Assembly (NCBI RefSeq): GCF_006345805.1 | Contig: NW_021834784.1 | Location: 1 to 64,000, forward strand | Reading direction: 5' to 3' | DNA length: 64,000 nucleotides | From: Octopus sinensis | Taxonomy: Eukaryota | In this document: positions 38,665 through 54,744 of the stretch, one piece after another | How the letters are laid out: the number at the start of each line of letters is the position of its first letter | How positions within the stretch are numbered: the first letter of the stretch is position 1 | Made by a program: the position numbers and the translations under genes | Notes under the pieces: model-generated | Told to the model about the DNA's origin: nothing | Databases searched by the model: none | The model's input: the letters and a program-made list of their open reading frames with translations, nothing else

Positions 38665-39116
38665 TATTTATTTCTTTATTGCCCACAGGGGGTTAAACAA
38701 TATTTATTTCTTTATTGCCCACAGGGGGTTAAACATAGAGGAGACAAACAAGGACAAACGGATTAAGTCGATTACATCGACCCAGTACGTAACTGGTACT
38801 TATTTAATCGACCCCTAAAGGATGAAAGGCAAAGTCAACCTCGGCGGAATTTGAACTCAGAACGCAACGGCAGACGAAATACTTATTTCTTTATTGCCCA
38901 CAAGGGGCTAAACACAGAGGGGACAAACAAGAACAGACAAACGGATTAAGTTGATTATATCGACCCCAGTGCGTTACTGGTACTTATCCAATTGACCTCG
39001 AAAGGATGAAAGGCAAAGTCGACCTCGACGGAATTTAAATTCAGAACGTAACGGCAGACGAAATACCGCTAAGCATTTTGCCAGGCGTGCTTACGATTCT
39101 ACCAATTCGCTGCCCT
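38665..39116 (-). mobile_element. SINE family A tandem with duplicated tail
   Basis: 36-bp tail duplication at 38665-38736 and dimer junction GAAATAC|TTATTTCT near 38882. Confidence 0.85.
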
Positions 39117-40008
39117 CAACATTACCATTCAAACATATCTACGATAGTAAATTTGCCACATCTAAACTTTAAATCCAATCTCAAGGAAACAACGTCCAAA
39201 TATAAATTGTTGCGTATAAACACCAGTCGTAGGATACGCCTCTAGTAACAAGAAACAAAAACCAGAGAATCTTTATCAGTCGACTAACAACATTATATAC
39301 ATTCTAGTCGTCTGAATAATGCAATCAACAGTATATATAAAATATTGGTTTCAAATTTTGGCACCAAACCAACAATTTACCAACAATACTACAGAATAGT
39401 ATTTATAACCATATAACAAAGCACTATTTCCAAAAAGCATGCCAACCTAACAATTTTGTGGGTAGGGCTAAGTCGATAACATTGAGATCAGTACTCAACA
39501 GGTAATGATTTTATCGACCCAGAAAGGATGAGAGGTAATGTCGACCTAGGTGGAATAGTATCTATTAAATAGTATGTATATAAATATTGGATCTTAAATA
39601 ACATCAGACAAAACAATATCAAATATAAATTGATCAATAATACGACGTACTCCTTCAGCCCAGAGGAAAATACGGTCAAATACGCTTGTTCAAGTAAAGC
39701 AAAAACAATGAAAAGATGTCAGGTGACGTACACCAGAACAAATTTATGCTTAAAAAAAGGTCCAAATTACAGATAAGGCAAATGACCGATGGCACAACAG
39801 CAACAGGTAAAGCAATGGAGGCATAAATATATCAATAGTAACAAAGCAACATTAAAAAGTAATTAAGTAAGTATGAAACGAATTTCAATGGTGTATGATC
39901 AGATATACGTTTAGATTAATATCTATGTCGATATAGTCTAGCTAAGCCTTTCTTATACACAATATTCAAAGCGTTCACTATACATAACAAAAGCGTGTAG
40001 ATATATAG

Positions 40009-40124
<116 letters not shown>

Positions 40125-40142
40125 TATATATATATATATATA

Positions 40143-40340
40143 GTTAATCCAGACATGAACAAGCAAGAAGAAACAACAACGCAAGGATGTGGAACAAGTA
40201 CAGCGTTATTGGACGCTCAGGAAAGGAAAGAAAAGAGGATTTAACGCTTCGAGCGCTGCTCTTTGTCAGAAATATAGAACAATTCCAAAGAAGGGAAGAC
40301 GGAGAAAGAAAATCGCCAACGATACACACGCAGTCACATA
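40143..40340 (-). mobile_element. Hammerhead-bearing repeat, second subfamily
   Basis: Homologous to 61880-62060 (TAGTTAATCC...GTGGAACAA...TATTG(G)ACGCTCAGGAAAG...TTTAACG.TTCGAGCG..GCTCTT). Confidence 0.65.
40239..40273 (-). ncRNA. Decayed minimal hammerhead-like motif
   Basis: Minus strand: ATTT-CTGACAA-A-GAGC agc GCTC-GAAG-CG-TT-AAAT; two core substitutions. Homologous to the 61984 copy. Confidence 0.45.
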
Positions 40341-40993
40341 TATATATGATTATTATATCTATCACCATACAAATACATGAATATGATATATATACCTATT
40401 ACTACAGTAATTCCTTGTCGTGGCTCACCTATCTCGCCTCAGTACATCGCGGAATTTTCTGGCTGATATATTTAAATTTATATCGTGGACTCCTTAGTGT
40501 ACCTCGGGTTCTGCGGCCGATTGGTATTTAAAATCTTTTAGATAACCTCGGGCCAACCAAAACATTGTGAGTGGATTTGGTAGACGGAAATCGTATATAT
40601 AATGTATGCGTGTGTGTGTGCGTGTGTGTTTGTATTGTATATGTTCATGTGTGTTGTGGAACGAAGCTTATAATAAAAAAATAGTGTGCAAACTGAAAAG
40701 AAATAAGTAACGCTGAAGTCAATTCGTAGCAAGCAGATGAACGATGTTCCATCTCTAGGAATGAGTAAGGACTCACTTCGAAACAATATATAAGTGGTCG
40801 GTGTCAATGATCAACTCAAAGAGTCATAAGGACATTTTTTTTTTTTTTTCTTTTTCGTCGTTAAAAATGTGCATAATATTTGGGAATGGAAAGACAAATG
40901 TGGAAAATGTGTGTGCTTTGGTGCGCTGAAACACAGCAAACAAATTCAAGGACTACGTGCAAGTGCAGGGTTTGATATCAAAAGGACGCCTCA

Positions 40994-41388
40994 TCTTTAT
41001 ATATAAAAGTGAGGTTGTGTGGTGTCTGTCTCCTACGATTTAGATTCCTAACTACTCCCACATTTTGCGGTGCAGTGTAACCAAAAGCGGGTATCTTATA
41101 GTCGTGATTCATATCGAGCCCTTCTGGGTATTAGCGCGCGTCTACGATGAGTCTACGATTTAAAAAAAAATTACCATCAATTTTTTCATTTTTAATGCAT
41201 TTTTGGCATATATAAGGGAAGTAACTCTCTAAAAATTTATTATTAAATCTCAGAACATAAAAAGCTACAGTAACACACACCCCTTTGTGGTTAGCCATAT
41301 TGAGATGGCTATTATACTTTACATCTCTAAAAATGTTTATATAGTTATTTCCCTTACAAACCCGAGCAACGCCGGGCGATACTGCTAG
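40994..41388 (+). mobile_element. Non-autonomous Helitron
   Basis: 5' TCTTTATATATAAAAG, 3' GC-rich hairpin CCCGAGCAACGCCGGG then CTAG; inserted between A and T; no TSD. Confidence 0.85.
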
Positions 41389-41734
41389 TATATAATAAGA
41401 ATATTTATCGGCCTGTTCCCTTAAGAATTTGTTTATCATTAGCAGTTATTCGCGCTAAAGAATTCGTAAATCAGTTTTTTTTTTATTTTACATAATTTTC
41501 TTTTGGTTTAGTTTCAGTCAATCGTTCTTTTTCGTTTCTATATATGAAAAAAAAAATAATAATAATAATTCGTTTCCTAACTTTCTTCGAGATTTTTGCT
41601 AACGTCTCAGAACGTTCTGAGAAAATTCTATTTCTTTTCACAGCAGAAAAGCAAGAGCGCATGCGGAATATAAGGCCTGGTGCAATTTTAAGCCTTCACA
41701 TATGACACACTGATGATATATCTATCTATCTATC

Positions 41735-41797
<63 letters not shown>

Positions 41798-42059
41798 ATA
41801 AGAGAGAGAGACATAGATAGATACATAGATACATACATACATACATATATGCATACATACATACATACATAGATATATACATGCATACATACATGCATGC
41901 ATGCATGCATACATACATACATACATACATACATATGCATACATACATACATACAAACATACATAGATCATATGCTTGTATATGTGTCGTGATAGATATA
42001 ATTATTCTTATATATTAAACATAGATATACCTCTGGATAAACATGCATATAACTACTTA

Positions 42060-42279
42060 CTGATACATATATGTATAAATACATATATATTTATTTATAT
42101 ATATATATAAGCATATATATACACATATATATATACATACATACAAACATACATACATACACACCACAGCATGCATACATACATACATACATACATACAT
42201 ACATACATACATACATACATTCATACATACATACATACATACATACATACATACATACATACATGCATGCATACATACA

Positions 42280-42313
<34 letters not shown>

Positions 42314-42505
42314 CATACATGCATACATAGATATATACATACACACCACAGCATGCATACATACATACATACATACATACATACATGCATACATACATAC
42401 ATACATTCATACATACATACATACATACATACATACATACATACATACATGCATACATACATACATACATACATACATACATACATACATACATACATAC
42501 ATGCA

Positions 42506-42536
<31 letters not shown>

Positions 42537-43049
42537 CATGCATACATACATACATACATACATACATACATAATACATACATACATACATACATACATAC
42601 ATGCATACATACATACCATACATTCATACATACATACATACATACATAATACATACATGCATACATACATAAATACATACATACATACATGCATACAACA
42701 TACATACATTCATACATACATACATACATACATAACATACAACATACATACATACATACATACATACATAACCCCATACAACAGCACACACCATACATAC
42801 ATACGCATGCATGCATACATACATACATACATACATACATACATACATACATACATACATACATACATACATACATGCATACATACATACATACATACAT
42901 ACTACATACATACATACATGCATAACATACATACATACATAACATACATGATGCATGCATACATACATACATACATACATACATACTACATACATACTAC
43001 ATACATGCATACATACATACATACATACATCATACATACATACATACAC

Positions 43050-43083
<34 letters not shown>

Positions 43084-43417
43084 CATACATACATACATAC
43101 ATACATTCATACATACATACATACATACATACATACATGCATACATTACATACATACATGCATACATACATACATACATTACATACATAATACATACATA
43201 CATACATACAGACATAATACATACATACATGACATACATCATACATACATACATACATAATACATACATACATACATGTATACATACATACATACATACA
43301 TTCATACATACATACATACATACATACATACATCATACATACATACATTCATACATACATACATACATACATACATACATACATACATAAATACACATTC
43401 ATACATACATACATACA

Positions 43418-43448
<31 letters not shown>

Positions 43449-43605
43449 CATGTATACATACATACATACATTACATTATACATACATACATACATACATA
43501 CATACATACATACATACATACATACATACATACATACATGTATACATACATACATACATACATTCATACATACATACATACATACATACATAAATACATA
43601 CATAG
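42060..43605. repeat. About 1.5-kb degenerate (CATA)n array
   Basis: Direct reading; internal repeat CACACCACAGCATGC at about 42160 and 42342. Confidence 0.95.
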
Positions 43606-44019
43606 AGTAATTTTATTTGCGGTGTTTCTTTATTTCTTTTAAGATATAAGTATTGTATTATTTTGAGTATGGGTGCATTCACACATAAATAGATGATACC
43701 GTGAAACATGCGCAGAACTTCTAATCTCTGTGAAATCTCTAAAACCATGCAGCTAAGTCATAGAACTGCTAATCTTGGAACAGACAATGCCAACCAAACT
43801 TAACATTCAGACCAATATCATATCTGTCAAACTGCTCGAAAATCAACCAATTCGAAACTTTGAAGATAAGGACATGTGTGTACTTTTGGGAATTCTATCT
43901 ATATTTATGAGTATGTGTGTGTGTGTTGGTGTGTGTGTGGTGGTGTGTATATACATATATAAAATATATATATATATATATATATAGATATATATAAATA
44001 TTATTATATATATAATATT

Positions 44020-44083
<64 letters not shown>

Positions 44084-44595
44084 ATATATAATATTTTATT
44101 TATATGTATATATGATTATATATTTAAGAGGAGAGATAGGATAAATATTCTTGTGGCGGAATGTTAAATTCTTTTTAGCAGTGATGCAATATTTTCGAAA
44201 ATATTTCATTCATATCATAATATAATATGCATGATATATATACGTATATATAGATATAATATACGTTATAATTCATGCATATTATATTCTATTATATATA
44301 TATAATATATATACATATATATACATATATATATTATATATATATTATAATGTTGTGTGTGTGTGTATATTATATATATATATATAATATATAATATGTA
44401 CATACACAACATACATACATACATACATACATACATACATACATAATACGAAAGACAGACAGAAAGGCAGGCAGGCAGAGGCATGTAATCATATGATATG
44501 CACATGCAAATATTTGCATACATGCATATATGTTTATACATACATATATGCACATCGACATGCATACACGCATAGGTTATGCAGACACAGCCGTG

Positions 44596-44676
<81 letters not shown>

Positions 44677-45141
44677 TTGTGTATTCATATATGGATACAC
44701 CACATGTATATGTAAATATATTGTTGACGTCATAAGAATTGTATAACCTTTCGAGAGTATGTGAAATGTTTTTTTCTTAATCTTGGGACTCACATAATGC
44801 TATAAATCTATCCAAAAGGGTTCTTTAGCCCAACATCTATACACCTCAAAGCCTTGGTATTCCAAAAAGAGTCATTTCACGTTCTCTCGAAAGATTATAA
44901 AACTCTTATGAGTCAACAAAATAGAATTCTTGCTGAGAAGAATAAAATTTCTAAAACGGTTAGAGGAATTCGAAAGATTTCTTTGGTACAATGGTAAGAT
45001 CCCTGTCAAGTCTACAGGTGACGTAGGTTCGTGTCCCACAGACAACCGTCAATATTCTCTATCCAAATGGGTTTTTCAACCACGTATTTATGTGGCATTA
45101 TTTACAGTCTTATTTGATACTCTAGATTCCAAAAGAGAATC

Positions 45142-45237
<96 letters not shown>

Positions 45238-45794
45238 CAGAAGAGAGAGCGAATTTACATGTGTATGTTCTTTGATACAAATTTACATTCACTAATTTGA
45301 ATCAGCTGAAGATCCAATATCCCCAAACTCGGAGAAATTCTTCGGTTCTTTCTTCTTTAATCTCTGATTCCAAGATAAAAGACCACTGTCTAAATCTACT
45401 TAAATTTGACCAGATAAAAATGTATATATTTCTGCTTATTCTATGTCTCTTAAATCACATTAGCTCACTTAGACCATGGTTTAAGATAACGTAAAACCAC
45501 GTGACGTTGCTGTTGCTGTTGTTGTTTAACCCTTGGTCAGCATTCATATTTAGAAAATAAATGCAAGAAATTAATGGCAGTCCAGCTATGATCGTTCAGC
45601 ATTCAAATATTCTTCCTTATATGTCGTTAAGCAAATGTTAACAGGAGTCGTGCGTGTTCTTTAGTAATTGCAAACCTGTATCCTTAAACATGTAAATGAC
45701 CCCCCACTTTCATTCATTCACTAATCTACACTTTTATGCTAGAAACGCATGCAAACACACACACACACACACCGATGCATATATACATACATGC

Positions 45795-45910
<116 letters not shown>

Positions 45911-45912
45911 AC

Positions 45913-45950
<38 letters not shown>

Positions 45951-47793
45951 ATAGATGTAGATAAATAGGTAAAAATAAGTAATAAATGGAAATTTTACTG
46001 GTGAGTGTGTTTCATTATAAGACACAAAAAGAAAATGACTCTCCCCAGAAACAACAGAATATGCTTCAACACGCGAACTCATACAAAGAATCTTGCAAAC
46101 CAAATCCCAAAACGAAATACCAAAAAAGAGGTATTGTTTTATATATATATACACATATATACATAAGAAATCCACATTTGCCTCAGTTCATACACAATGA
46201 CATAAACACACGACACACAATGCACCAATTTGCACTCGGTAATGAATACAATGTTGCATTATGCAACGCGTCCATCCATTTTAAAATCGTACACTCAACT
46301 TTAAGGTAGTCTTTTCGGCTATTCCTTGCAGATCGTTTGACTGCATAAAATATTCTTCTTTGCCTCTGTATGTGGTACTCAAAATATAAGAGGCATCAGC
46401 AGTGAACTTTGAAAGATAATCAGTTTAGAAATGAAATAACTGTATTTAGGAGCCATCGTATATAAAAGTGAAACTTGAATGACACTGTAGATGCAATAGT
46501 TGTTCAATCTTAGAAGAGTTTTCTGTAATAACCAGTGCAACCATTACACACTCCTACGACACAACGGTCCCAGTCTAGTTTTTTGATGAGAAGCAAACTG
46601 TTTTATGTACAATAAACATCAGGCACTACAACAAATAGTTTCACACGTGAAAGTCTCAATGTAAATGTCTTTAATTTCAATTGTGTAGCAAACAATATAG
46701 CATAATCTGGTATGAGTTTTTATTACGAGAAATTTCAAGCATATTTTGTATCATAAAACAACATCAAAATAGAGGCCTGTTTCTGTTTATATGATACGAT
46801 AATGAATATTTTGAATTAGGACTGACATTTAAATAACATCATTTCAAAAGAGATGACTGATATTCCGAAATGTTTTAGAGGCACCGTTTTGAATTACGCG
46901 ATGCTTCAAGAGCTATTATGCTTCCAATTCTTAAGAAATTTTAGTCTAACTGAAAATGTATACTGATGACCAGTTCTTCAATTATGAATTTTAAAGTATG
47001 GGTTGGTCTACTCAACTCATATTAAAAAACTGAACTTAGTACGAAGGCCATGACTTCAGCGAAAACTCGTATTTTCTCAGGTTATGTTGCGTAGTAGTAT
47101 AGTCTATTACACTGACTGATAATTGAGTTGTATTTTAAGTTGGATGTAAGACAAAGTAGACCCATTAGGATTTAAACTCAGAACTTAAAGCGACGAAGCT
47201 AAGTGCTGTAGAGCACTTTGTGTCTGTTCCTGTGCCAATCTACTGCCCGTTTGTATATTGTTATAATATATATTGCAATGCAATGTTGAATGATATTGTT
47301 TTGCATCCATAGATAATTCTGATATTGAGACAGATAATATACAAGTTATTCTACCTGTTGATGATCATATATCACTAAACGCCACAAAGAATAGAAGATT
47401 TAATTATTGAGTAATATCTGAGAAAATTTCCATAGTAATATCGTCGAACATGCAAACATAATTTCACACACTGTAATCACACACAAAATCGGATTCATAC
47501 AAACATACACAGCAGTAAACATATACAAAACTAATCACGTGCATATTATATAACATATATAATATGTCGTGAGATGCTAGCAATTACAAAAAAAAAAAAT
47601 AAGGTAATAATACAAACATTATGGTTGGGAAGTTCCTAGTAAGAAGATAAGCTAGTGTTCCCGATGGAAATACGAAGTCATACGTCATATGTATATTTAT
47701 GTGTATTATATGTATAGAAAACAAGAAAGAAAGAAAAAAAGGAAGACAGACAGACAAACAAACAGACAGGCAGACAGGCAGGCAGACAGACAG

Positions 47794-47948
<155 letters not shown>

Positions 47949-47981
47949 TGAGCATCTACATCTTCATCTCATACGCATGAG

Positions 47982-48012
<31 letters not shown>

Positions 48013-48764
48013 TATCCACTGATGCACTCTCATAAACTAATGTATACACACGAACGCATACACGCGCGCTCATACACGTGTACAGCAAAGATAGACACTA
48101 ACCACTAAATGGTTGTTCAAACCACAAGTAATAGCAACAAATTCTCTCTTAAATTGCACATCAAACTGTTTAAAAATGTAAGTACACGTCTGTCAATATA
48201 GTTCGTGATATGCTAAAAGACAAAGCCGTTACAGTTGGAATGGCTTGCATAATAGAACTGGTTTATCCGGTCTGAGCTTGGACCAAACAATTGCTATGGT
48301 ATAATGAACGTATGTTATAAAATTTGTTAATTTATTAAACGTCTGGATTTCCTTCATGCTCGCATGAACGGGAGAAGGAACTTAAACAAAGAAAAGAATG
48401 TGTAAGACTGAAACTAAAATGCATGCGAAGACAATGATATTGGGAAAGTCTCTATTATAAAAGAAAGTAGCATGAAATAGAATGTTAATATGCTATGCGT
48501 AAACAAACAAGCAAAAAAAGGGAAGGTTTGAAGATGAAGTACAGATAAGCAAATTGGCAGTGTGAAGGAAAATGATGGAAACGGGTGAATGATATATTCT
48601 TTTATTCTTTTATTCTTTTATTTGTTTTAGTCATGTGACTGCGGCCATGCTGGAGCACCGCCTTTAGTGTTGAGCAAATCGACCCCAGAACTTATTATTT
48701 TGCAAGCCGAGTACTTATACCAGTATCGGTATGTCAGCTTGAAGTTTTTTTTGAGAAGGGAAGC

Positions 48765-48956
48765 TGGTCGATTACGTCGACCCCAGTGTTCAACCCCTCT
48801 GCGGGATGAAAGGTAAAGTCGACCTCGGCAGAATTCGAACTCAGAATGTGAAACCGGATGAAATGCTACTAAGCATTTTGTCCGGCATGCTTACGATCTT
48901 ACCAGCTCACCACCTTAATAATAATAATGATAATAATAATAATAATAATAATAATG

Positions 48957-49024
<68 letters not shown>

Positions 49025-49806
49025 CCTTTCTATTATAGGCACAAGGCCTCAAATTTTGGATGAGGGATAGAGTCGATCACATCGACCACAGTACACAACT
49101 GTTGCTTAATTTATTCTTTTCTACTACAGGCACAAGGCCCGAAATTTTGGGGGAGGAGGCCAGTCGATTAAGTCGACCCCAGTACGAAACTGGTACTTAA
49201 TTTATCGACCCCGAAAGGATGAAAGGCAAAGTTGACTTCGGCAGAATTTGATCTCTGAATGTAAAAATTTGAAACAAATACCGCAAGGCATTTTGTCCGC
49301 AGTTTTAGCGACTAAGAAAGCCCCGCGGTATTTCTTTTTGTTTTCTATGTTCTGAGTCGAAACCCCGCTGAGGATGCACAATACCAGCTATTTGATGGAG
49401 GAAATCGATAACATGATCTCAATTACTTGAGTGTTGTTTTAGTATATTGATCTCCAAAGTAAAAATGGCTGCGTTGACTTCGGCGGGATTTGAACTCAAA
49501 ATGTAAAGAGCTGGAGCAAATACTTTTCTGCATCTTATCTGATCCACTAAAAACTCTAGGCATCCACCGCCCTCATAATTGTTTCTAATATTTATTTCTT
49601 TATTGCCCACAAGGGGCTAAACATAGAGGGGACAAACAAGGACAGACAAACGGATTAAGTCGATTACATCGACCCCAGTGTGTAACCGGTACTTAATTTA
49701 TCGACCCCGAAAGGATGAAAGGCAAAGTCGACTTCGGCGGAATTTGAACTCGGAACGTAACGACAGACGAAATACGGCTACGCATTTCGTCCGGCGTGCT
49801 AACGCC
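48765..49806 (-). mobile_element. Cluster of four to five SINE family A copies or fragments around an (AAT)n tract
   Basis: Cores at about 48765-48915, 49025-49100, 49115-49310, 49440-49510 and 49583-49806. Confidence 0.8.
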
Positions 49807-51300
49807 TTAAATTTGATGGAGGGCTTAATTAATATCACGGGGATGAAGTAAGATGTTGACCTCGCTGTGGGTCGTACATAGAACTTAAAGCATGCTGTCT
49901 GATGATTTTACAATACTGCCAAACAACCAGTTGGCCGGGAATATGGTGGAGGATATAAAAATGAAAACAAAAATACATGAGAATGTGTTAGTTAAACGTC
50001 TGAAAGAAGAATAGGAAAGATAAACCATAATATAACATTTAACAACTGACGAATCAAAAGCTTATGAAATAGTATTACCGACTTAATCCTTCTCCCACTT
50101 TAAAGGTCAGTTCTCAGAATATGGCATCTAAATAACAGCTTATACAAACGACATTGTGCGTTGCAATGTATGTATTCGTAGTTGTATGCAGACGATTCTT
50201 GTTATATCATCAGTTATATGTTGCTGTTGTTGTTGTTGTTGTTTATGGTGATGTTGTCTAAAACACAGGACAGATCTGAATGAGTAGCCGTATAATAGGA
50301 TCAGATATTCCAGCAATGAAAGCGACCCGTTTTGTCAAAATTATGCGAGAAAAATAGCTGGATCTCTGGTGGTTTCGACGACGAGGGAGGATGCAGCTGT
50401 TCGATCAACAGAAGACTCTGTTCATTGAATTAGCGTGTAAGTGGTTGAGTATTCCACAGACATGTAGAATACTCACTCGATCAGCACGAAAGAATATGGA
50501 ACTAGGCGCCCGTTTCAATTTCATGCACATTCTATCTGAAGGGCTTCTGTTCAGTTTCCGTCTACATATTTTCATTCATTGCACCTAGTTCGGACCCAGG
50601 CAATTCTAAGTCTCTAAGACATTTATCTAAGATCCCACAGTGAGATCGAACCCGGAACATCATAATTGCAAAACAAACATTTTAACCATTTAGCTATACT
50701 GCATCCACTTAAATCAGACATGGGCACCTTTTCCGAGAAATGAACCACATGAAACATGGTTCATCATCAGGCAGGCCGCATTATTAAAAAAAAAATCAAA
50801 GCAATGTTTTGTGAGACGTGCCATTCACAAACTCCCGCGGGCCACAGTTTACCCGCGACTGACTTAAATTATATATCCTACAAAAGATTATCTATTCTGT
50901 CGCAACGGCACTTGACTCTGGGTACACAGGTCCCCATGGCAGAAACAGCTGTGAGATAAGTGAAGTAATATCGTATTTCCTATTCTTTTGTCGAATGGTT
51001 GTATACTGTCAACTTAACGTGACAGTCCTGTAAGGGAATTATACCACCGCTGTTTAGCCCTAGGAAGCATCGACGCTTCCTGTCGGCCTTGACACATTTC
51101 CTGTGTCCTTATATATTTTTGTCGTTTATTTATTAATTAATATTGTGTTCTTTATGGATCTGTGGAGTTACATAATAGTCCGAAATCGAGGACATCTAAC
51201 AACTTAGACGTCATCACCGCTGCCTTACTTATGCTGCAAAATATCAATATACGGAACTGTAACAACTGGTACTTTGTAACGTTATGGTTAAGCAAAATCA

Positions 51301-51514
51301 TATGAGGGGGTGCTGAAAAGTTCCTGGCTTTAAGGGTTGTCACGAAAGGCCTGGTTGGAGGCCCAGACTTCCGAGTTCTTTTACTGAGAACTGAAGGACC
51401 GCTACAATAAGTGTGTGAATCTGAGACAGAAATATGTTGAATAAAATCATAATTAACTGCTTCACCCTGTATTTTCTTTTGCCTAAAGCCAGGTTCTTTT
51501 CAGCACCCCACATA
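51301..51514 (+). mobile_element. Mariner-derived MITE (internal deletion derivative)
   Basis: TIRs TATGAGGGGGTGCTGAAAAGTTCCTGGCTTTA / TAAAGCCAGGTTCTTTTCAGCACCCCACATA with TA ends; internal LKDRYNKCVNLRQKYVE* resembles a mariner transposase C-terminus. Confidence 0.85.
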
Positions 51515-52383
51515 ACGTGTAGGTGTGTGTGTATGTGTGTGTATGTGTCTCTATGTATGTGTGTGTGAGTGTATCTGAGAGAGAGAGAAAGAGAGTGAGA
51601 GAGAGGAATGTACTGATGATGATTACGAATACTCCTGAATAAAGTTCGAAAGAAATGCCTTTAAAATGGTGGACCAAATGGTAGATTAAACGATCAAATA
51701 CAAAATGGAGATTTAATTAGCACACGTCGTTCCCATGTGAGCAACACTAGTTCTTAGAACTACTCTAAATTCCGAAGAAATCATAGTTAAAATCAATATG
51801 GTTAGAAAAATAAGCAAACCTCATATCAATCCCCGCCCCCGAAAAGCCCCATAAACATGACATATTTAAAAAAAAAACAATGAAAATTACAAGAAATATA
51901 AAAAAACAAAGGATGTAGTGGGAAAAGACTCAAAAAGGATTTTCAGAAGTGTGATGGAGAGAGTGGTACTGGAGGTGGTGGTGGTGATGGTGATGGTGAT
52001 GGTGGTGGTGGTGGTGGAATTTGACGGTTATGGCTGCTGGTGTTGTTTGTGTTTTGATGGTAGTGATGGTGGCGGTAGTCATATTATACATACACATACA
52101 CACATATTTATATCTATTTATCTCACTCTTTTTCTCTCCTTCCACACACACACACACATACAGAGGCACACATACAACTGGCTTTGCACTGATTCCGTCA
52201 CGCAAATTCACTCACAAAGTACCAGTTGTCCCGGGGCTATAGCAAATTAGAATAGCCCAATATGGCACGCATTGGAGATAAGCCGGAAGCCACGTGGTTG
52301 CAAAGCGAACACTTTAACAACACAACCATGTCTGGGCCTCTCTTGTCTCCCTCCCTTTCTCTATCTCTCTTTTTCTGTTTCGT

Positions 52384-52415
<32 letters not shown>

Positions 52416-52699
52416 CACACACACATACATATACATACACACACATATATACACAAGCACATATATATATATATATGCATAGATACATACGTGTATATAT
52501 ATATATATGTATGAATGTGTATAGATATATATATGTATGTGTGCATGCATGTATACATATACACATATATATGAAAAGAGAGATAAGGTTAAGGGGTTTT
52601 ACACGAGTAAATTCATACTAAAACAACAAAATATAGAAAATATTAGAGAAATTTATCATAGAAAGAAAAAAAGAAAGTTTTTACATCTTCGTCAAAATG

Positions 52700-52743
52700 A
52701 GCTACCGGTTTCAATGTCTCTAAGAAGCCGATTTAGTCATGCT
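52700..52743 (-). ncRNA. Decayed hammerhead-like motif (CCGG helix III)
   Basis: Minus strand: AGC-ATGACTA...CATT-GAAA-CCGG-TA-GCT; flanking sequence resembles the 26300 region. Confidence 0.3.
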
Positions 52744-53898
52744 AAAATAAAAAGTTTTAGTTTCCGCACACTCAGCTGAAATGTTTCACAGAGGAGTTCA
52801 AATAAGAAAGAAACATTTACCCCAATGTTTTTATTGAAGAGATCTTATTAGCGTTTCTTAATAATTATGTATTTATACACCACTAGAACGTGTTTATTTT
52901 AATTGCTTGTGTAACAATTGAGCGAAGTTTTTAAACATAAGCAAAACCCTGCAGCATTCCATTAGTTAGACGAATTTATCGATTAAATTCTCCTAGAATC
53001 GATTATATTTTACCGCATCGTGTGTTTGATAACACAAAGTATCAGATCACTACGAGTGGCATTAAATCGACTAGATTACCTCCCTTGGCAATACCTAGTC
53101 AGAATATTTCTTTCCTTTTTAATATTGTTAAATGTTTAGTCCAAATTTAGTTGTAATCGAGCTGGATTATGGAAAAAAGTATTCCAACTCTGAGCATCCA
53201 GCTTTTCTCCATTAATGTTGTACATCTATGATGTACAAATGACATTAGTGTGTGATCTGATGTGTATTTAGTTGCTATTTCTAGCATATGTAGTCGGTCA
53301 TTTAGTGGTTGGCATTTGACTATTGTTTTTGTCGTCGAAAGTCGTCGTCTTAGCTGTAGTTGTTGCTGACGTGTTGTCACTCATTGATTGTGTCATCGTC
53401 AATAAAAGGTTAATAGTTAATTTTAATTAATCACCAAATAATAATAATAATAATAATAATAATAATCTCACGAATCTCTAAGCATGTAACTTCAACTGTA
53501 GCTCTTAATCCTTCAGCTGTATGGAGAAAAAAAAACAGTATTCTCTACAAATGGCATCTGATTAACTCGCATGCCTTCGGGATTATACAGGTTTATGTTG
53601 ATTCACATAATTGTAATTAATCGTATCAGATAAATGATGTAATGGATCATATGAAGAGTAGGGGAGGAGGAGGATTAGAGTTTTCTTTAGCTAGTAATTT
53701 ATTTTTTTAAACAAATTTTGCTGACAAAAATAAAAATAAATTGTTCCAGAAATTCATGTCGCTCTTTTTTATTTTTATTAATTTTTTGCGGTTTTTTTTT
53801 TGTTCTCTAGTTTGGAATTTACAAGATAAACTCTGTTATTACGTTTTCTAAAAATGTTGCTACTACTTCGGGTCAGATAGACCTGGGAATAGAATTCA

Positions 53899-54237
53899 GA
53901 AGACCCCCTTCGGTCATGAATGACCATGGGATTGCACCTAGAAAGTTACCTTCCGAGGTACAATTCCGGGCAAGGTTGGTTATGGAAGGCCAGCAGTCGC
54001 CCATGCATACCAGCCTCCCCTCTCCACACCACGGATGTTATCCAAGGGAAAGGCAAAGGGGCCGATACAGCTTGGCACCAGTGATGTCGCAACCCATTTC
54101 TACAGCTGAGTTAACCGGAGCAATGTGAAATAAAGTGTCTTGCTCAAGAACATAACACGCAGCCCGGTCCGGGATTCGAACTCACAACCTCACGATCGTA
54201 AGCTCTACGCTCTAACCACTGAGCCATGAGCCTTCAC
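53899..54237 (-). mobile_element. tRNA-derived SINE family C
   Basis: Minus strand head GTGAAGGCTCATGGCTCAGTGGTTAGAGCG...GAGTTCGAATCCC (A and B boxes), then GTTCTTGAGCAAGACACTTTATTTCAC. Confidence 0.85.
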
Positions 54238-54744
54238 AGACCTGAGAATAATAGTGATAAAAAATAATCCTACACTCAATAAAATCCTGAAACTTTCGAA
54301 CATGGGCCCCACTACCGGAAGCAGTTTAAAACCATATTTAGGACATACATACATATGTACTTATATACATACATACCTATGGGTCAATTAGCACGTCATA
54401 AAATCTCCTCCGGAATATGATCCCTCAGAGTCTCCTCGACAGACCCAGGGTCATTCAGCTTTTTAGCTGCTTATCTGAGAGAATGTAAATCCATATAAAT
54501 CATCCATCCTTTATAACTTACAGATAATTAGATATGATAGAAGCAGAAATCACAATAACCAGAGGGCGCACTCTGAGAAACAACGCAAGTCTTGCAGAAA
54601 GGAAGGACTTTAAAAATTGGTAATAATGATTCTTGTGATGATGATAAAAATGATGTTGATGGCGATGTCTCTTTTCTAAGATTCTAATCGGGTTGGTGAA
54701 AGTTTGGGTTAAATAATTGGCTGGCCGACTTCAACATATTGCAT

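Noticed and set aside
42057-43748. Many long ORFs (up to 339 aa) such as YIHT/MYVC repeats
   Set aside because: Stop-free read-through of (CATA)n; the same applies to the IY, YLSI, HT and CV ORFs across the window.
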